IMG/VR virus record: IMGVR_UViG_3300037067_001478
Coordinates: 1,258 to 65,257 of that record
Origin: a virus
Taxonomy: Duplodnaviria > Caudoviricetes
DNA: 64,000 bases
Strand: one strand, 5' to 3'
Shown: positions 1 through 9,952 of the stretch, one piece after another
Layout of the letters: each line of letters begins with the position of its first letter
Numbering within the stretch: position 1 is the stretch's first letter
Made by a program: the position numbers and the translations under genes
Notes under the pieces: generated by a model
Database searches by the model: none
The model's input: only the letters and a program-made list of their open reading frames with translations
Told to the model about the DNA's origin: nothing

Positions 1-894
1 CAATTCATCGTTGATAACGAGATCGATTTTCTTCTTCGCTCCAAACTTTGCAAGGTTGTATCCGAGAATCAACTGGTCGTAGAGTGCTGCCTCGAAACTG
101 AATATTCCCATCTTCTCATAGAGAGTGAGAACTTCATCAGGATAGTTCACGCGCTCGATTGTATTCAGACTTGCGATGAAACTTTTGTTCATGTTGTTGA
201 TCTTCAGCATTTCAGTCGGGTCAGGTTGGATGTTCTTCGCATTGTGACGTGCTTGCATAATCATCTTGTTATCCTTCCTCGTCGGCATGAAAAGCATGTA
301 ACAGAACCTTCGTCCTAAACCGCTAGCCATATCAATCTTCGCTGGCTGAACTCCCGTCCAAAGTGTGACACTTGTATCGAACTCGTGCATACCACAAGCC
401 AACCGTTTCACGACATGACCACCATCAAGGATCGTCAGTAATTGAGAATCCATCTGGTTATTAGTCGTGGACTTCATCGCTTGGGTGATACCACTGAACT
501 CATCGACAAGCATTAATCCGTCCTTGTAAATTTCTGCTGCTCCTGGGATAGAGCGCTGTTCTCCAAATCCATCCTTTCCCAGAGTTCCGACCAGGCCTGC
601 TTCAGTCATTGATTGTTCATATCCAACTTTCATACCAGCGTTATTAAAGATACCAACATCTTTGTCACCAGCCATGTTCGTCAGATAATACGACTTCATA
701 AAACCTGCTGGACTCACGAATAGAATCGGCAGCCGAGCGTTAAGAATTTTCTTACCCTCATAGTATATCCTTCTCTTGCGATTCATGATGTTGAAATTAT
801 GAACTGCGAAGGATATAGTGTAGAACGGGGAATACTTCTCGTAGAGGTATGCCTTCCTGTCTTTGAGTTCTTCAAGCACCATATCATAAATCAT
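1..894 (-). CDS. MCM-like AAA+ helicase, partial (runs off window); not in ORF track
   Basis: Manual translation from ATG at 894 (MIYDMVLEEL...), open to position 1. Variant Walker A SPAGFMKS, MCM-like MTEAGLVG and PGAAEIYKDGLMLVDEF (Walker B), arginine finger LGRRF. Confidence 0.75.
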   Translation of the reverse strand, partial: MIYDMVLEELKDRKAYLYEKYSPFYTISFAVHNFNIMNRKRRIYYEGKKILNARLPILFVSPAGFMKSYYLTNMAGDKDVGIFNNAGMKVGYEQSMTEAGLVGTLGKDGFGEQRSIPGAAEIYKDGLMLVDEFSGITQAMKSTTNNQMDSQLLTILDGGHVVKRLACGMHEFDTSVTLWTGVQPAKIDMASGLGRRFCYMLFMPTRKDNKMIMQARHNAKNIQPDPTEMLKINNMNKSFIASLNTIERVNYPDEVLTLYEKMGIFSFEAALYDQLILGYNLAKFGAKKKIDLVINDEL

Positions 895-912
895 TGTTCC
901 ATCTCCTTAAAA

Positions 913-1539
913 TTAAATTGTATTGAGCATGGTGAGAATTTTCTTGGCTTTAATCGCACCAATGCCTTTAGTCGTTGCAAGTTCCGTTGCTGAAACTTTC
1001 GCTATCTTTGTTAAACATCCATGCTTCAGATGGAGTTCGTTATATTGTGGTATGGTGATTCCAAGATACCTGGCGATGAGTGCTTCGGGGTGCGCCTTTG
1101 TTGGCACATTCCTATTACCTTCATCGACATTTTCCATGTAGCCAACCATTACATTGAGAGCGTTCTTCTCATCCTCAATCCACATAATTTCAAAGTCATA
1201 ACGACATGCAATATCATCAATACACGAGTAGATAATCTTCTCGTTAATGAACTTCTTGTATCGCCGCATGGTCTTAATATAGTCTGGCAGCGAGCCAGTA
1301 ATCAAGAGCATGAGTTTCATGTCGTCGAATTGGGCCATACGATTAACCTGTGACCAGATGCGTTTGTCCATGATTGAACCATAGAGGTCGCCAATCTTTT
1401 TGCGTTCACAGAGAACTTTTGTGCTTCGGTAGTCACCCTCTTTTAATGTTTCGAGGGCGAAGGTATCTTTGGGAAAAGTTTTTTGGAGATATTTTATAAT
1501 TGTCTTTGGCTCACGAGTATCTACTGCGATGTCTGTCAC
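913..1539 (-). CDS. ERCC4/XPF (Hef/Mus81-like) nuclease with C-terminal HhH
   Basis: VDTRE, LKEGDY, ERKKIGDL motifs; C-terminal KGIGAIKA HhH. Confidence 0.85.
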   Translation of the reverse strand: MTDIAVDTREPKTIIKYLQKTFPKDTFALETLKEGDYRSTKVLCERKKIGDLYGSIMDKRIWSQVNRMAQFDDMKLMLLITGSLPDYIKTMRRYKKFINEKIIYSCIDDIACRYDFEIMWIEDEKNALNVMVGYMENVDEGNRNVPTKAHPEALIARYLGITIPQYNELHLKHGCLTKIAKVSATELATTKGIGAIKAKKILTMLNTI

Positions 1540-1886
1540 AGAAATTCTCCAATGAGTTCATCGACTTTGGACTTGATATATCCTTCGAGGACACCCTCTT
1601 TGTATGTTGCGAATGATTCATCACTGATGATAAATCGCAGATACTTTGGAGCGTCTGGATCAGTCCATGCTTTCAGATAATATTTATATCCGATACCGAT
1701 AACTCGTTTCTCTTGGAAGTCGAGATCAATTCCTCGCTCCTCTTTAACGCTTTTAATAAGCGTCCTCATATATTCACCGACTTTCATTCTTTCACTTCCT
1801 TTACATAATATGAGTTCATCTCTCCACACATAGGACAGAGGTACGACACACACTTGCCTTCTTGTTTCTTCACGATGGAGCCACAT
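1536..1886 (-). CDS. hypothetical protein
   Basis: ORF coupled to neighbours; true start may be downstream (MKVGEY). Confidence 0.45.
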   Translation of the reverse strand: MWLHREETRRQVCVVPLSYVWRDELILCKGSERMKVGEYMRTLIKSVKEERGIDLDFQEKRVIGIGYKYYLKAWTDPDAPKYLRFIISDESFATYKEGVLEGYIKSKVDELIGEFL

Positions 1887-1913
1887 TTAAGGCATTTGTA
1901 TTTCTGTTTGCTT

Positions 1914-2162
1914 TTAGTTCCTTTTGCCACAGAACACCTCGACAAAGTTCAAATAGAATCCATACGCCATCGTAGGAATAATAATGAACCATGAATAAAA
2001 TTCAAGCATCTTCTCACCGAGATCATTGATAGTAACAATGACTGCATCATAGCCACCGAAGTAAGCCATATACCATATGACAAACATTAGGGCTGCGAAA
2101 AGTGCTGTCGCTAACAACGAATAAAGGCGTATCAAATACTTGACTTGCTTCCACGTTATCAT
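1914..2162 (-). CDS. small membrane protein
   Basis: Two hydrophobic segments. Confidence 0.55.
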   Translation of the reverse strand: MITWKQVKYLIRLYSLLATALFAALMFVIWYMAYFGGYDAVIVTINDLGEKMLEFYSWFIIIPTMAYGFYLNFVEVFCGKRN

Positions 2163-2758
2163 TATATCTTACCCTTTCCTAGATAGTAATTACCATCTGC
2201 GAAGATGATAACATTGGCGAGAATGAGTTCTTCTACCAGACTGTATAAGAGATTGTCCAACTGTGCATGGACGTTTCCGTGTTCACTCGGAGAGTGACAG
2301 GGAAATAGATTCTTCGGATGGTTGTCTTTCTTATTGAGGTTTATGTGATGCACATGCTCGTCGCTCGATAACTTTCTACCGATGACTTCCTCAACAACTT
2401 TACGGTATGGACGCATCGCACCAGTGGCAACGAAGTCATGTTCGTTATAAGGAACTGGATGTGTCAATCCTTTACGGAGTTTCTCCTTCATCTTCCTCAC
2501 GGAAGTAGTCGTCCGTTTCATCTCTTTTGCTATCTCCTTATTCGGAAGGTGCATCAGAGATTTGAGCATACGGATATTCGCGTATGTCCAGAACTTTGTA
2601 TTGGTTGCAATACGACGACCATTCTTTTTCAGTTTGAGAAACTTCAATCTCGTTTCGACTGACTCCTCGCTGTGACCAACCCACTTCGACAACTCGTATG
2701 GATTCATATGAGCATACTGTTCTCGAAGAAAAGTATCTTGGGTTTCAGTCCACTTCAT
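2162..2758 (-). CDS. HNH endonuclease with N-terminal HTH-like repeats
   Basis: HVHHINLNKKDNHPKNL...H; N-terminal WTETQDTFLR / WTYANIRML helical repeats. Confidence 0.8.
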   Translation of the reverse strand: MKWTETQDTFLREQYAHMNPYELSKWVGHSEESVETRLKFLKLKKNGRRIATNTKFWTYANIRMLKSLMHLPNKEIAKEMKRTTTSVRKMKEKLRKGLTHPVPYNEHDFVATGAMRPYRKVVEEVIGRKLSSDEHVHHINLNKKDNHPKNLFPCHSPSEHGNVHAQLDNLLYSLVEELILANVIIFADGNYYLGKGKI

Positions 2759-2760
2759 TG

Positions 2761-2997
2761 TTACACCCGTAAGTTCAGCACGTCAAACATATATTCAACG
2801 GTGCGGATTTTATAAACTTTGTAAAGATACTTCTGGAAATCCATCACAGAGAATTTAGTTGAGTCGTCGATTTTGAAGTCACGAATGAAATCATCGAGAA
2901 CCTTCTGAACCTGGAAGGGAGTGAGGTCAGACATACTGACATCGACCATTCCGATAGTAAAGCCGCGCTTATCCTTCACTAGATATTTCATCCTCAA
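2761..2997 (-). CDS. hypothetical protein
   Basis: ORF in tight minus-strand operon. Confidence 0.5.
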   Translation of the reverse strand: MRMKYLVKDKRGFTIGMVDVSMSDLTPFQVQKVLDDFIRDFKIDDSTKFSVMDFQKYLYKVYKIRTVEYMFDVLNLRV

Positions 2998-3220
2998 CCA
3001 CCACTGGTTTCAACGTATAGTCCATTGCCTCATACGTTACAATTCCATTGTGGAACTTGAACCATCCCTTGACGCTACCATCAATGAGGATGTATTCATA
3101 AATCACTCCATCAGCACCATCGCGGCGCTTAAGGAGAACATGCTGTGCAACGAGAGCATTGATGTGTTTATTCTTAAACGCCTCGTATGCTCGCTGCCTC
3201 TGTTTCATTGGGTTAGCCAT
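2969..3220 (-). CDS. hypothetical protein
   Basis: ORF in tight minus-strand operon. Confidence 0.5.
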   Translation of the reverse strand: MANPMKQRQRAYEAFKNKHINALVAQHVLLKRRDGADGVIYEYILIDGSVKGWFKFHNGIVTYEAMDYTLKPVVVEDEISSEG

Positions 3221-3488
3221 TGTTGTTCATCTCCTTCCTTATCTTTCTCGCTGTTTCATCGAGTGCTTTCATCAAGCAGTTGATAGAACAGTAGTCAGTT
3301 TCACGGAGATAACTTTTATTAACTCCGTTGCCAACACGCGCTTGTAGACCATCGACATAGATTGTTTTCTCTGTCGGATGTTCCATACCGCAAACATTAC
3401 AGATTGCTCTTTGAACTCTTACCATGATATGATACTCCCTGAATGATACAACGCCTGGACTTCTGCTGCTGACATGAAGTGACCACAT
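3213..3488 (-). CDS. small Zn-finger protein (start likely near 3425, MVRVQ)
   Basis: CNVC ... YCSINC. Confidence 0.5.
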   Translation of the reverse strand: MWSLHVSSRSPGVVSFREYHIMVRVQRAICNVCGMEHPTEKTIYVDGLQARVGNGVNKSYLRETDYCSINCLMKALDETARKIRKEMNNNG

Positions 3489-3555
3489 CGAACACAGGTC
3501 AGACCTTCAGGCGACCACTTCATCAGATGGATTCCAATGAAGCATAAAAATTTTC

Positions 3556-5721
3556 CTATGAGCATTTGCTCGCGCCACAGTTTAGGCATACTTGGCAACC
3601 TTCTTGTAAAGCATACTTGGGGTTGTCACAACACGCTTTCTTTGATTCTGGCAGGGTCTTATTAGATGCTGCTGGAATAAAAGTTGGAGGTGTGGTACAA
3701 TTCAGTTCATTGATACAATTCAAGCGATTGATCACGTTATTAATGCTCTTGCCAATTATATCTGAACAAGATTTTCCACCAGAGGTTTTACTGGTCATCG
3801 CTGTGTTACATTTCACACGGCTGAACTGACGCACGTAGTTCTCTGCTGGTGTGCCGTAATCAAGACCTGTGCTGATTGAACGCCCAAGACCTGCCATACT
3901 CGCAGCGCATCCACCATTACCAGCGCCTTCGACAAACACCTTTGTTGGTGCTTCACCATCATGACCGACGATAACATAGAATGAACCGCATCCAGAGCGC
4001 ACCTTATAGATGTATGCTGGAATGACAGCCTCATAGAACTCATCCTCAACCCAGTCGATAATACCATCACCATTAATGGGAGTGGTAATCATCTGCTGCT
4101 TTGGGGATTCCTGCTTCGTCAGACAAAGCACTTCAGTTTCTCTCGAACCCGAACGATAGATAGTCAGACCTTTACATCCAAGTTTCCATGCTTCGATGAT
4201 GACGGCTTTGATGTCGTCCTTCGTTGCATTGGGTTTGAGATTGATGGTTTTGCTGACTGCATTATCGGTGTGCTTCTGGAAAGCGGCTTGCATCTTGACA
4301 TGGGTTAATGGTGAGATGTCGAGCGCACTCTTGAACAACGCCTTAAACTCTTTGCAGAGTCCGACTACATCCTGTATCGTTCCCTTCTCCATGACGTGTG
4401 CTATCACTTCATCGTGAAGCACCTGATCTTCCATCGTTGCATCCCACAGAGCCGCTTCAAACAGTGGGTTGATTATGATGTGTTCTCCGAGAGTATCCTT
4501 TCTCTTATACGCCCATGAGAACACTGGCTCAATACCACTCGACACGTTGGCAAGGATGCTGATTGTTCCTGTCGGTGCAATAGTGGTCCTGGTTGCATTG
4601 CGGTATCCTTCCTTTGCATTGAGCGCTGGATAGAAGCCGCGAGAGATTGCAAGCACCATAGACTGTCTATCTGCAATCTGTGAGATGAAACCCATAACTG
4701 AATCTGCTATCTCAATTGCTTCCTTTGAGTCGTATGGAATCCCCATCTTTATGAGCATGTCGTGGAATCCCATAACACCAAGACCAATCTTACGAGTGGC
4801 ATTGGATGCTTCTTTGATTGCTTCCAGTGGATACTTATTAGCGGTTATGACATTATCCAAGAACACAACTGCATCACGAACCACTGGTTCAAGACGGTTG
4901 TAATCAATGATACCTGAAGCAGTCACGAAGTTTGAGAGATTGATACTTCCGAGGTTGCATGATTCATTCGGAAGAAGTGGCTGCTCACCACATGGATTAG
5001 TCGCAACCATATCTCCAAGTTGAGGAGTTGGGTTGAACTTATTAATTGTATCCTTAAAGAGAATACCTGGTTCTCCGTTATTATAGATACCATCGACGAT
5101 AGCATTAAGGATGTCAGAGTTTTTATTTCCTAATCCTCGCTTGTCGAGATCAAGAATCTCATTCATGAATATGTCATCAACCATGACGGAGATGTTGAAA
5201 TTCTTGATTGTTCCTTCGACTGTTTTACATTTAATGAAATTGAGAATCTCTGGATGAGTGTATTCAAGCACACCCATGTTTGCACCACGACGTTTGCCAC
5301 CTTGCTTGATAGCATCAGTCGCAGCATCGAACACTTGCATGAATGAAACTACACCAGACGCAACACCACTCGTAGATTTAACTACGCTTCCTGAAGGACG
5401 AAGTGCTGTGAATGAGAAGCCAGTTCCACCACCTGTCTTGTGGACAAGAGCAGCGTTCTTAACTGCTGTGAATATACTGTCGATGCTGTCATTCACTGGA
5501 AGGACGAAGCAAGCAGATAACTGCCCATTGTCTGTGCCAGCGTTCATCAGAGTTGGTGAGTTCGGTATGAAATCCTTGTTAATCATCAAATCATAGAACA
5601 TCTTCTGTTCTTTAGCGTCTGTTGCGATTGCGTTCATAACTCGCTCCACGACATCCTTCCAAGAGGATTCGTTGCCAATGCAATACCGTTCCTTCAATAG
5701 TTTATCTTCAAACTCTCCCAT
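3556..5721 (-). CDS. nrdJ: class II (adenosylcobalamin-dependent) ribonucleotide reductase
   Basis: PNSPTLMNAG, QLSACFV, ATNPCGEQ, ESCNLGSINL, TIAPTGT, SKTIN, GLTIYR; C-terminal TSCPD-like domain and Zn ribbon. Confidence 0.95.
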   Translation of the reverse strand: MGEFEDKLLKERYCIGNESSWKDVVERVMNAIATDAKEQKMFYDLMINKDFIPNSPTLMNAGTDNGQLSACFVLPVNDSIDSIFTAVKNAALVHKTGGGTGFSFTALRPSGSVVKSTSGVASGVVSFMQVFDAATDAIKQGGKRRGANMGVLEYTHPEILNFIKCKTVEGTIKNFNISVMVDDIFMNEILDLDKRGLGNKNSDILNAIVDGIYNNGEPGILFKDTINKFNPTPQLGDMVATNPCGEQPLLPNESCNLGSINLSNFVTASGIIDYNRLEPVVRDAVVFLDNVITANKYPLEAIKEASNATRKIGLGVMGFHDMLIKMGIPYDSKEAIEIADSVMGFISQIADRQSMVLAISRGFYPALNAKEGYRNATRTTIAPTGTISILANVSSGIEPVFSWAYKRKDTLGEHIIINPLFEAALWDATMEDQVLHDEVIAHVMEKGTIQDVVGLCKEFKALFKSALDISPLTHVKMQAAFQKHTDNAVSKTINLKPNATKDDIKAVIIEAWKLGCKGLTIYRSGSRETEVLCLTKQESPKQQMITTPINGDGIIDWVEDEFYEAVIPAYIYKVRSGCGSFYVIVGHDGEAPTKVFVEGAGNGGCAASMAGLGRSISTGLDYGTPAENYVRQFSRVKCNTAMTSKTSGGKSCSDIIGKSINNVINRLNCINELNCTTPPTFIPAASNKTLPESKKACCDNPKYALQEGCQVCLNCGASKCS
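3647..3676 (-). promoter_or_regulatory. 30-bp dyad TAATAA element (copy inside nrdJ)
   Basis: Minus strand TCCAGCAG CATC TAATAA GACC CTGCCAGA; 16/16 arm matches to consensus. Confidence 0.7.
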
Positions 5722-5838
5722 TAAAACAACTCCTCGAATAAATCTTTTTCTTCTTCTTCATTCTGTTCAATAACTTCCAAACCGAGGAAGTCATAGACGA
5801 ACACAAATAATGCGTCGAACATACTCCCTCTAAAAAAT

Positions 5839-6081
5839 TTAGAAGTCGATCCGACCTGACGATGGGAGTCCGAATGACACACTGTAATCAGTGTATTTGT
5901 TCATCCAGTTTACGAAGTGAGGAATGTTGTAAGGCTTCTTCATGGTGATACAATATGTCTTAAACTCTGACACGTATCCACGAATCTCACGGACGACTTC
6001 ATTCTTCATATCGCTGCACCTGCATTGGAAGTAAACATCGCTGTCATACATTCCATCATTTACTTTCAGTTTTATCATCAT
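5839..6081 (-). CDS. hypothetical protein
   Basis: ORF overlapping upstream stop. Confidence 0.5.
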   Translation of the reverse strand: MMIKLKVNDGMYDSDVYFQCRCSDMKNEVVREIRGYVSEFKTYCITMKKPYNIPHFVNWMNKYTDYSVSFGLPSSGRIDF

Positions 6082-6863
6082 AGTTCTACCTCTTTAATAT
6101 CACAAAGACCACAGTACGAATACATTACCATCGAGCATGACCGCGGCCAGATGTTCATATCGAGAGCATCTCGAAGTGCTGCAATCTGTCGGTCAATTGT
6201 TGTCATGCTTCTCTTTGGAATGTCGTAGACCTCTGCCTTCTGAAGCACAGGGTTGATAACGCTGCACGTTGTTGCTGGAAGCGTTGGGTTTACTTCATCC
6301 CAGAGTTTCTTATAAAGCGCTGACTGCAATTTAATCTCGGCTGGCTTTATCTTCGCTCCTGTTTTGTATTCGACAATATTTACAGACTCTCCATCCTCAT
6401 TCATATCAACACGGTCAATGAAACCAGTGAGATACTGCGTCGGACTTTTGAGTTTCTTTTCAACGCACAGTGGTTTCCATAATGCGTGTCCGAGTTTGTT
6501 ATAGCGCTCCCATTCGTAGTCAATAAACCAACGGGCATTTTCTTTTTCTGCCTCGGTGAATTGCTTTGGGATACATTCATGCCATGCGCCAGGTTGAAGC
6601 ATGTCGTTATTGATAACGAACTTCTCCGCAAACTCATGGAACCTTGTTCCCAACTCCATCGCTGGTGTCGGAGGACTTCGGATTTTCAGAATGTAACGCT
6701 TGTAAAACTGCATCGGACAAATCGAATAGGTTGCCAACTGCGATTTACTTATGTACCACGTCGCTGAAATGTTCTTCACTTCATCTGACTTCTTATCAGT
6801 GAAGGATTCCAGCGTCGGTGGCTTTGTAAGTTTCTTCTTGAAAGCCAAATTAATCATCCTCAA
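6078..6863 (-). CDS. Cas4/RecB-like PD-(D/E)XK exonuclease
   Basis: SKSQL..Y..CP, LGTRFH, GFIDRVD, EYKTG, Q..LY, C-terminal C..YCGLC. Confidence 0.85.
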   Translation of the reverse strand: MRMINLAFKKKLTKPPTLESFTDKKSDEVKNISATWYISKSQLATYSICPMQFYKRYILKIRSPPTPAMELGTRFHEFAEKFVINNDMLQPGAWHECIPKQFTEAEKENARWFIDYEWERYNKLGHALWKPLCVEKKLKSPTQYLTGFIDRVDMNEDGESVNIVEYKTGAKIKPAEIKLQSALYKKLWDEVNPTLPATTCSVINPVLQKAEVYDIPKRSMTTIDRQIAALRDALDMNIWPRSCSMVMYSYCGLCDIKEVEL

Positions 6864-7581
6864 TTCTCGGTGCTACGAGTAAGGTCATTGAGAGATACTC
6901 GTTTTCCATGCTTATCTGACATGGGAAATTAGTACCGATAGAGATTTTGATTTTCTCTGCTTTTGTTTTCTTGATAATCTTCGCAATCTTCAGAAGATAA
7001 TCAAAACTGAATCCAGACCGATGCTTCGACTTCTCTCCTTTCTCGACGCTTATCATGTCGAATTCACTTTTAGTTTTCTCACGCAATTCATTCAGGGAAT
7101 ACAGCGTGAACTTCTTGTTATCGTATTCCAAGAATACCTTAACTGGTAAGGTTCCCTCATCGGCTCCCATCTTCTCAATGGATTCAAGGAACTCGATGTA
7201 GTCAACAGCCTGTACCTCGATGATTGCAGGATACTCCAATGGTGGTGGGTCTTTCTGCGCTCGAAGAACTGCTTCGACGAGTGACATTATATCCCGTTCA
7301 ATCTTCCCGCCTTTGAAGTGGCAATGCTGTCCGAAGTCAATCGTTATGGTTTTGGTTTTCAAAGCATTGAGTGTGCTGTAAAATTTCTGCACATCTATCG
7401 CCATACGCAGAGTTTCAGGTGTTTCAACTTTAAACTCCGCAGCGATGAATCCGACGTTTGCTACATCGGAAGAATGGAATGAAAGTTTACCATTGCCGAT
7501 AACGAGTAATCCCTCGTCTGCTTGCTCTTTCAATGCGAAGAAAAACTGAAGTAATTTCTCTCGCTCAAACTCAATCTTCAT
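6850..7581 (-). CDS. pcn: PCNA-type sliding clamp
   Basis: 243 aa; DEGLL..G...DVANV, FSFDYL, terminal LLVAPRIE typical of PCNA. Confidence 0.85.
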   Translation of the reverse strand: MKIEFEREKLLQFFFALKEQADEGLLVIGNGKLSFHSSDVANVGFIAAEFKVETPETLRMAIDVQKFYSTLNALKTKTITIDFGQHCHFKGGKIERDIMSLVEAVLRAQKDPPPLEYPAIIEVQAVDYIEFLESIEKMGADEGTLPVKVFLEYDNKKFTLYSLNELREKTKSEFDMISVEKGEKSKHRSGFSFDYLLKIAKIIKKTKAEKIKISIGTNFPCQISMENEYLSMTLLVAPRIEDD

Positions 7582-8350
7582 ACATGACCACTTCCATCAG
7601 TTCTTCCCTCGTGATATACTTGGCTGCTCCTGCATATACTTTGTTAGCATCATCCATTCGCTGCTCGTAGATATGAGGGAAACCCGAATAGACTTCGATG
7701 TATCCACATTCAACTTCGAGGGCTTCAGCCATAATCTTTTGTAACGCATGGAGTCCATTGTTATTCGACAGTGACGCATCGAGCATGTCATTGCTTCGGA
7801 AGTGAGCGTTCATCCTCAACTTTCCATCGAGGATTGAGAACTGTATATCCTGAAGGCAGGGGCAATGTTCCATGAATATGTCAGTCATTGGAACCCAAGT
7901 GTGCGCCATACATCGACGAGTGATTGGTGATTCCTTAAGGTTCTCATAGATTTGTTTTATCTGATCGAATCCTTTGTTGTCACCATTACCGACTGTTGCG
8001 ATGTCATCTTCCCAATGATAGCCACCAAGTCCTTCTTCACCCGCGACTTTTACTTTCTTCGTCACAGGATAATCGAACAAACGGTTTGGGTATGTATAGG
8101 AGTGACCAGTATTCTCAACGGTGAGAAACTTATCACAGTATTCGATGATGGACTTGCTCTTGAATTTACTCAACGCATCGCAAGTCTTTGGTTCCATGAA
8201 GGGTTTATTAATGTGTACCACGAGTGGCTCGTATAGAGTCATGGCGTTGTTCCCATATTCGGTAGGAATCAATACACCATGAGTCTTAACCATTACGACG
8301 GCTTTAATCCATGCTTGTGCAATTGAATCTGCCGTCACCATATACGCCAT
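7571..8350 (-). CDS. thyA: archaeal-type thymidylate synthase (ThyA fold)
   Basis: YTYPNRL, TRRCMAHTW, catalytic PCLQDIQF, FRSNDM...N. Confidence 0.85.
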   Translation of the reverse strand: MAYMVTADSIAQAWIKAVVMVKTHGVLIPTEYGNNAMTLYEPLVVHINKPFMEPKTCDALSKFKSKSIIEYCDKFLTVENTGHSYTYPNRLFDYPVTKKVKVAGEEGLGGYHWEDDIATVGNGDNKGFDQIKQIYENLKESPITRRCMAHTWVPMTDIFMEHCPCLQDIQFSILDGKLRMNAHFRSNDMLDASLSNNNGLHALQKIMAEALEVECGYIEVYSGFPHIYEQRMDDANKVYAGAAKYITREELMEVVMYED

Positions 8351-8359
8351 TGGGCCACC

Positions 8360-8653
8360 TCAATAATGAATCTCGACTGCGCCTACGCCCTGGTCTTTGA
8401 TGTATTCGATGATGAGTTCCTTAACTTCACCGAAGGATTCCAACTGCTCTGGACAACTGACTCCCATGAATATATCATCTTTGATGAAGATGTCCACGAA
8501 GATTTTCATGAATGTGAATGTCTGCTCGGTTGGCTCACCGTAGTCAATCTCGATAATAAATTCATCATTCAGTTTCTCGATGACTACATCTTCTGGGTTC
8601 ATGTAGACGTGCGTTACTGTTTCTCCAATTTTGTTCTTTAAGTGTTCTGTCAT
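8360..8653 (-). CDS. acidic hypothetical protein
   Basis: ORF in operon. Confidence 0.5.
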   Translation of the reverse strand: MTEHLKNKIGETVTHVYMNPEDVVIEKLNDEFIIEIDYGEPTEQTFTFMKIFVDIFIKDDIFMGVSCPEQLESFGEVKELIIEYIKDQGVGAVEIHY

Positions 8654-8655
8654 AA

Positions 8656-9024
8656 TTACTCTCCTTCATATGTAGATTTGAACTTTTCTGTAATCGATTT
8701 ACAGTAGTCATAAAATTCTTTCATCGTTCTATCAGATTTAGTTGAGTTACATTTACGACAGACAATCCAAATATTGTCATATCGTATTTCATCTTCGTTA
8801 TCAATTCTATCCATCGATGGAGAATTGGAAGAATATCCAGTTCCCAATTCATGATTTAACTCGCAACCACATATAGAACAATGTGTCGATCCGACGAGTA
8901 AACCTTCTAAATAAGAAGTGGGAATTAAAGTTCTGATACCGCACGAAGCATGTTCTCTTAAGATAGCACCCGCCCTACATCTATCAGGGTTGTTTTTGCG
9001 CCAGGCTTTTATGTTATCCTTCAT
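8656..9024 (-). CDS. HNH endonuclease (start reassigned to 9024)
   Basis: CSICG, SPSMDRIDN..Y..DNIWIVCRKCNSTK. Confidence 0.8.
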   Translation of the reverse strand: MKDNIKAWRKNNPDRCRAGAILREHASCGIRTLIPTSYLEGLLVGSTHCSICGCELNHELGTGYSSNSPSMDRIDNEDEIRYDNIWIVCRKCNSTKSDRTMKEFYDYCKSITEKFKSTYEGE

Positions 9025-9952
9025 CGTAAACACAATCTTTGGGTTGCTTATCTTCACGAATACGAATGAATCTAGGATGCCTAAACATTCCCGTTTCAAA
9101 TCGTTCCATGTATTCAACTTCAATCACAATTTTAGGTGCGACTTTACGAAGGATGTGTCCAAGTTCTCCTTTGGTAGATGGATATGTTGAGAACTCTGGT
9201 TCTTTCATCACAGCAGCATGTAATAACGCTCTGGTAGCATCATCGAATCCACTTGTCGCACCAACAACTTTGACATTCCCTTTGGTGTCGTATTGACCCA
9301 TAATAAGACTGCCAAATAGATTCTCGAATTTACCCTCGCCTTTCATTAGACCTATCACAAAGCAGTCTGCGGTATCCTGCTTCTTAACCTTCAGCCAATC
9401 AGCACTCCGCTTACCATCTTTGTAGATCGAGGACTTTTTCTTCAGGACAATGCCTTCACCACCAGCAGCGATAACAGTATCGAACAACTCATTGAATCGT
9501 TCTTTGTAGTTTTTCACTTGCTGGATATTCTTGAATGAATTAACATCGAAGAATGTGTATAGCAATTCATCACGTTTGTAATGAGGATGACTTCGCATGT
9601 TCACATCATTGTATTCGAGGATGTCGAACACCATGAATTTAACATCGTAGTCCTTGCGCGTTTCCACGGCCAGGCCGGTGAGAAACTCCTCTTTACCATC
9701 TGACTTGCGGAAGAATACTAACTCACCATCAAGGACAAACTTCCTGACATGAGTGAGTTTCAATTCATCAACGATGTCTGGATACTCCGAGGAGAGTTCA
9801 TTCTTCCCACTTCGAGTCTGGAGTTCTACTCCATTCTCATCTCGCTTTGCGATGATACGAGTGCCGTCATGCTTGCGCTGTGCGATGAAACTGCCTTCAT
9901 ATTTTTTGAGATCAGTATCTTTGCACGACTTAAGCAGCATTGGCTCAATCAT
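9014..9952 (-). CDS. lig: ATP-dependent DNA ligase (start reassigned to MIEPML)
   Basis: QRKHDG (motif I), LDGEL, FDIL, EGIVLK, WLKVK, RHPRFIRIREDK. Confidence 0.92.
   Translation of the reverse strand: MIEPMLLKSCKDTDLKKYEGSFIAQRKHDGTRIIAKRDENGVELQTRSGKNELSSEYPDIVDELKLTHVRKFVLDGELVFFRKSDGKEEFLTGLAVETRKDYDVKFMVFDILEYNDVNMRSHPHYKRDELLYTFFDVNSFKNIQQVKNYKERFNELFDTVIAAGGEGIVLKKKSSIYKDGKRSADWLKVKKQDTADCFVIGLMKGEGKFENLFGSLIMGQYDTKGNVKVVGATSGFDDATRALLHAAVMKEPEFSTYPSTKGELGHILRKVAPKIVIEVEYMERFETGMFRHPRFIRIREDKQPKDCVYDEG

Noticed and set aside
6078-6863. Cas4 as part of a CRISPR-Cas locus
   Set aside because: No other cas genes or array; context is replication/recombination.
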